Shown here piece after piece: positions 62,933 through 64,000 of a stretch of 64,000 bases of DNA. This stretch comes from Desulfatiglandales bacterium (GTDB taxonomy: Bacteria; Desulfobacterota; DSM-4660; Desulfatiglandales; Desulfatiglandaceae). Positions within the stretch are counted from its first letter, which is position 1. Each line of letters starts with the position of its first letter. Both the position numbers and the translations under genes were made by a program. The notes under the pieces were generated by a model that was given only the letters and a program-made list of their open reading frames with translations, was not told the DNA's origin and searched no databases. The stretch covers positions 1,344,001 through 1,408,000 of the forward strand of contig OY759599.1 of assembly GCA_963662465.1 (NCBI GenBank), written 5' to 3'.

Positions 62933-64000
62933 ATGTCAGATGAAAAAACAGCAGTCTCCCCTGAGGTCCTTGAAACGCTGAAAACCATCATTGCACCCGG
63001 ACGAAGGGTTCGCATCAGTCCCTTTGTGGAAGCAGCACAGTTTCAGGTTCTTTTCGGTACACGGCCGGATTTTCATTTTCGGCGGAAAAGCGCTCGGCGG
63101 ATTCTGTCGGAAAAGGCTGAAAAAATAGAATCCATCGCCGCAAAATGGGCGACATTCACAGCGGATAGCAAACGATTCGGGTCTGAAGTTTACACCGAAT
63201 CTTTTCTTCAGTCTTACCTTGCCTATTATTTTACCGTGAATGTGGGGAAAATCCAGTTGGCCCTGCTTGAGATGGCGCCTTATGGTGTTTTTTCTCAAGA
63301 AATGGTTCTCGTGGATGTGGGTGTCGGTTGCGGCACTACTTTTGTGGCCGCATTGGACTTCTTAAGTGGATGGAGTCAGGCCTGCCGCTTTCATAACACC
63401 CGGCTGCCGGTCAAAGCCCTTCGCCTTCTGGGTATGGATGCAAACCCTGCCTGCCTTGACATGGGCAAAAGAGTTGTGGCCGTCTACGGTGATATTTTGG
63501 CAAAAGCTCCTTCTCACATGTTAAGCAAAGACGCAGGACCGGATGAACTAAAGAATATTGCGGGATGGGCGCTCAAAAGCGAATGGCAAATGGTGAATCT
63601 TAACCATCAAGCCCCGGAAATACCCGCGGATCGCACTGTCCTGTTTGGATCGAACCTGTTCAACGAGCTTCAAGCAACCGGAAAGCAGAACCTGGCCTGC
63701 TGTCTGAAAGTGCTTGGCCCAGAAAGTGCCGCGCTCGTGATCGAGCCTGGGGACGAGAAAAAGACTCAGAAGCGGAAATCCTTTTTAGAGGGCATCTTTA
63801 TGCAGAGAAAACAAAATACATTGAAAAAATTCTGTCAGCACTTTTTCGTTTTCGATCAACGGTCAAAGATGGCAGCAGTGTGAGTTTTCTCGATGAATTC
63901 AGTGCCACGGGCGCCGTCATTATAAAGCCAAAGGTTTTGAATGCTCAGGCCATTGTCAATTCAAACGCATATTTCGGAAAACTGTTTCGTGACAGGGGCC
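62933..64000 (+). CDS. SAM-methyltransferase-like protein; probable frameshift near 63770-63790, runs off window
   Basis: YLAYYF..N, VDVGVGCGT, SNLFNEL, IEPG; alternative frame RGHLYAEKTKY... stays open to the window end. Confidence 0.5.

Overview
Accessory/defence island, probably from a sulfate-reducing deltaproteobacterium (inferred from gene content). 1-3 kb: flank with a partial MFS transporter, a Cys-cluster protein, a YitT remnant and a DEDDh exonuclease. 3-24 kb: heavily shuffled zone of toxin-antitoxin pairs (PemK/MazF, HicAB, GNAT/DUF1778, RelE/ParE), two AAA_14/DUF4143 ATPases, Fic, an intact REP-associated tyrosine transposase (RAYT) with terminal IRs and a related MITE, several REP-like hairpin families, two full copies plus a remnant of a Zn-ribbon/alphaCTD/alphaCTD/sigma70-r4 protein, a likely selenoprotein and many gene fragments. 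25-51.7 kb: defence block with a UvrD-nuclease fusion, a DUF499-small protein-DUF1156-PLD/SNF2 restriction-like system (methylase split by an IS, helicase lacking a canonical start at its apparent N-terminus) carrying an inserted AbiF-like gene with a candidate RNA antitoxin, Hachiman, and a PLD-SF2 helicase plus methyltransferase. 51.8-55.6 kb: two head-to-tail 1903-bp group II introns inserted in a REP hairpin that matches the intron's candidate EBS1. 55.6-64 kb: PRTase remnant plus SLOG gene, second GNAT TA, degenerate RAYT/IS200/AlbA pieces, frameshifted DUF1848 and a methyltransferase-like gene. Family calls are by motif recognition only; no searches were run.
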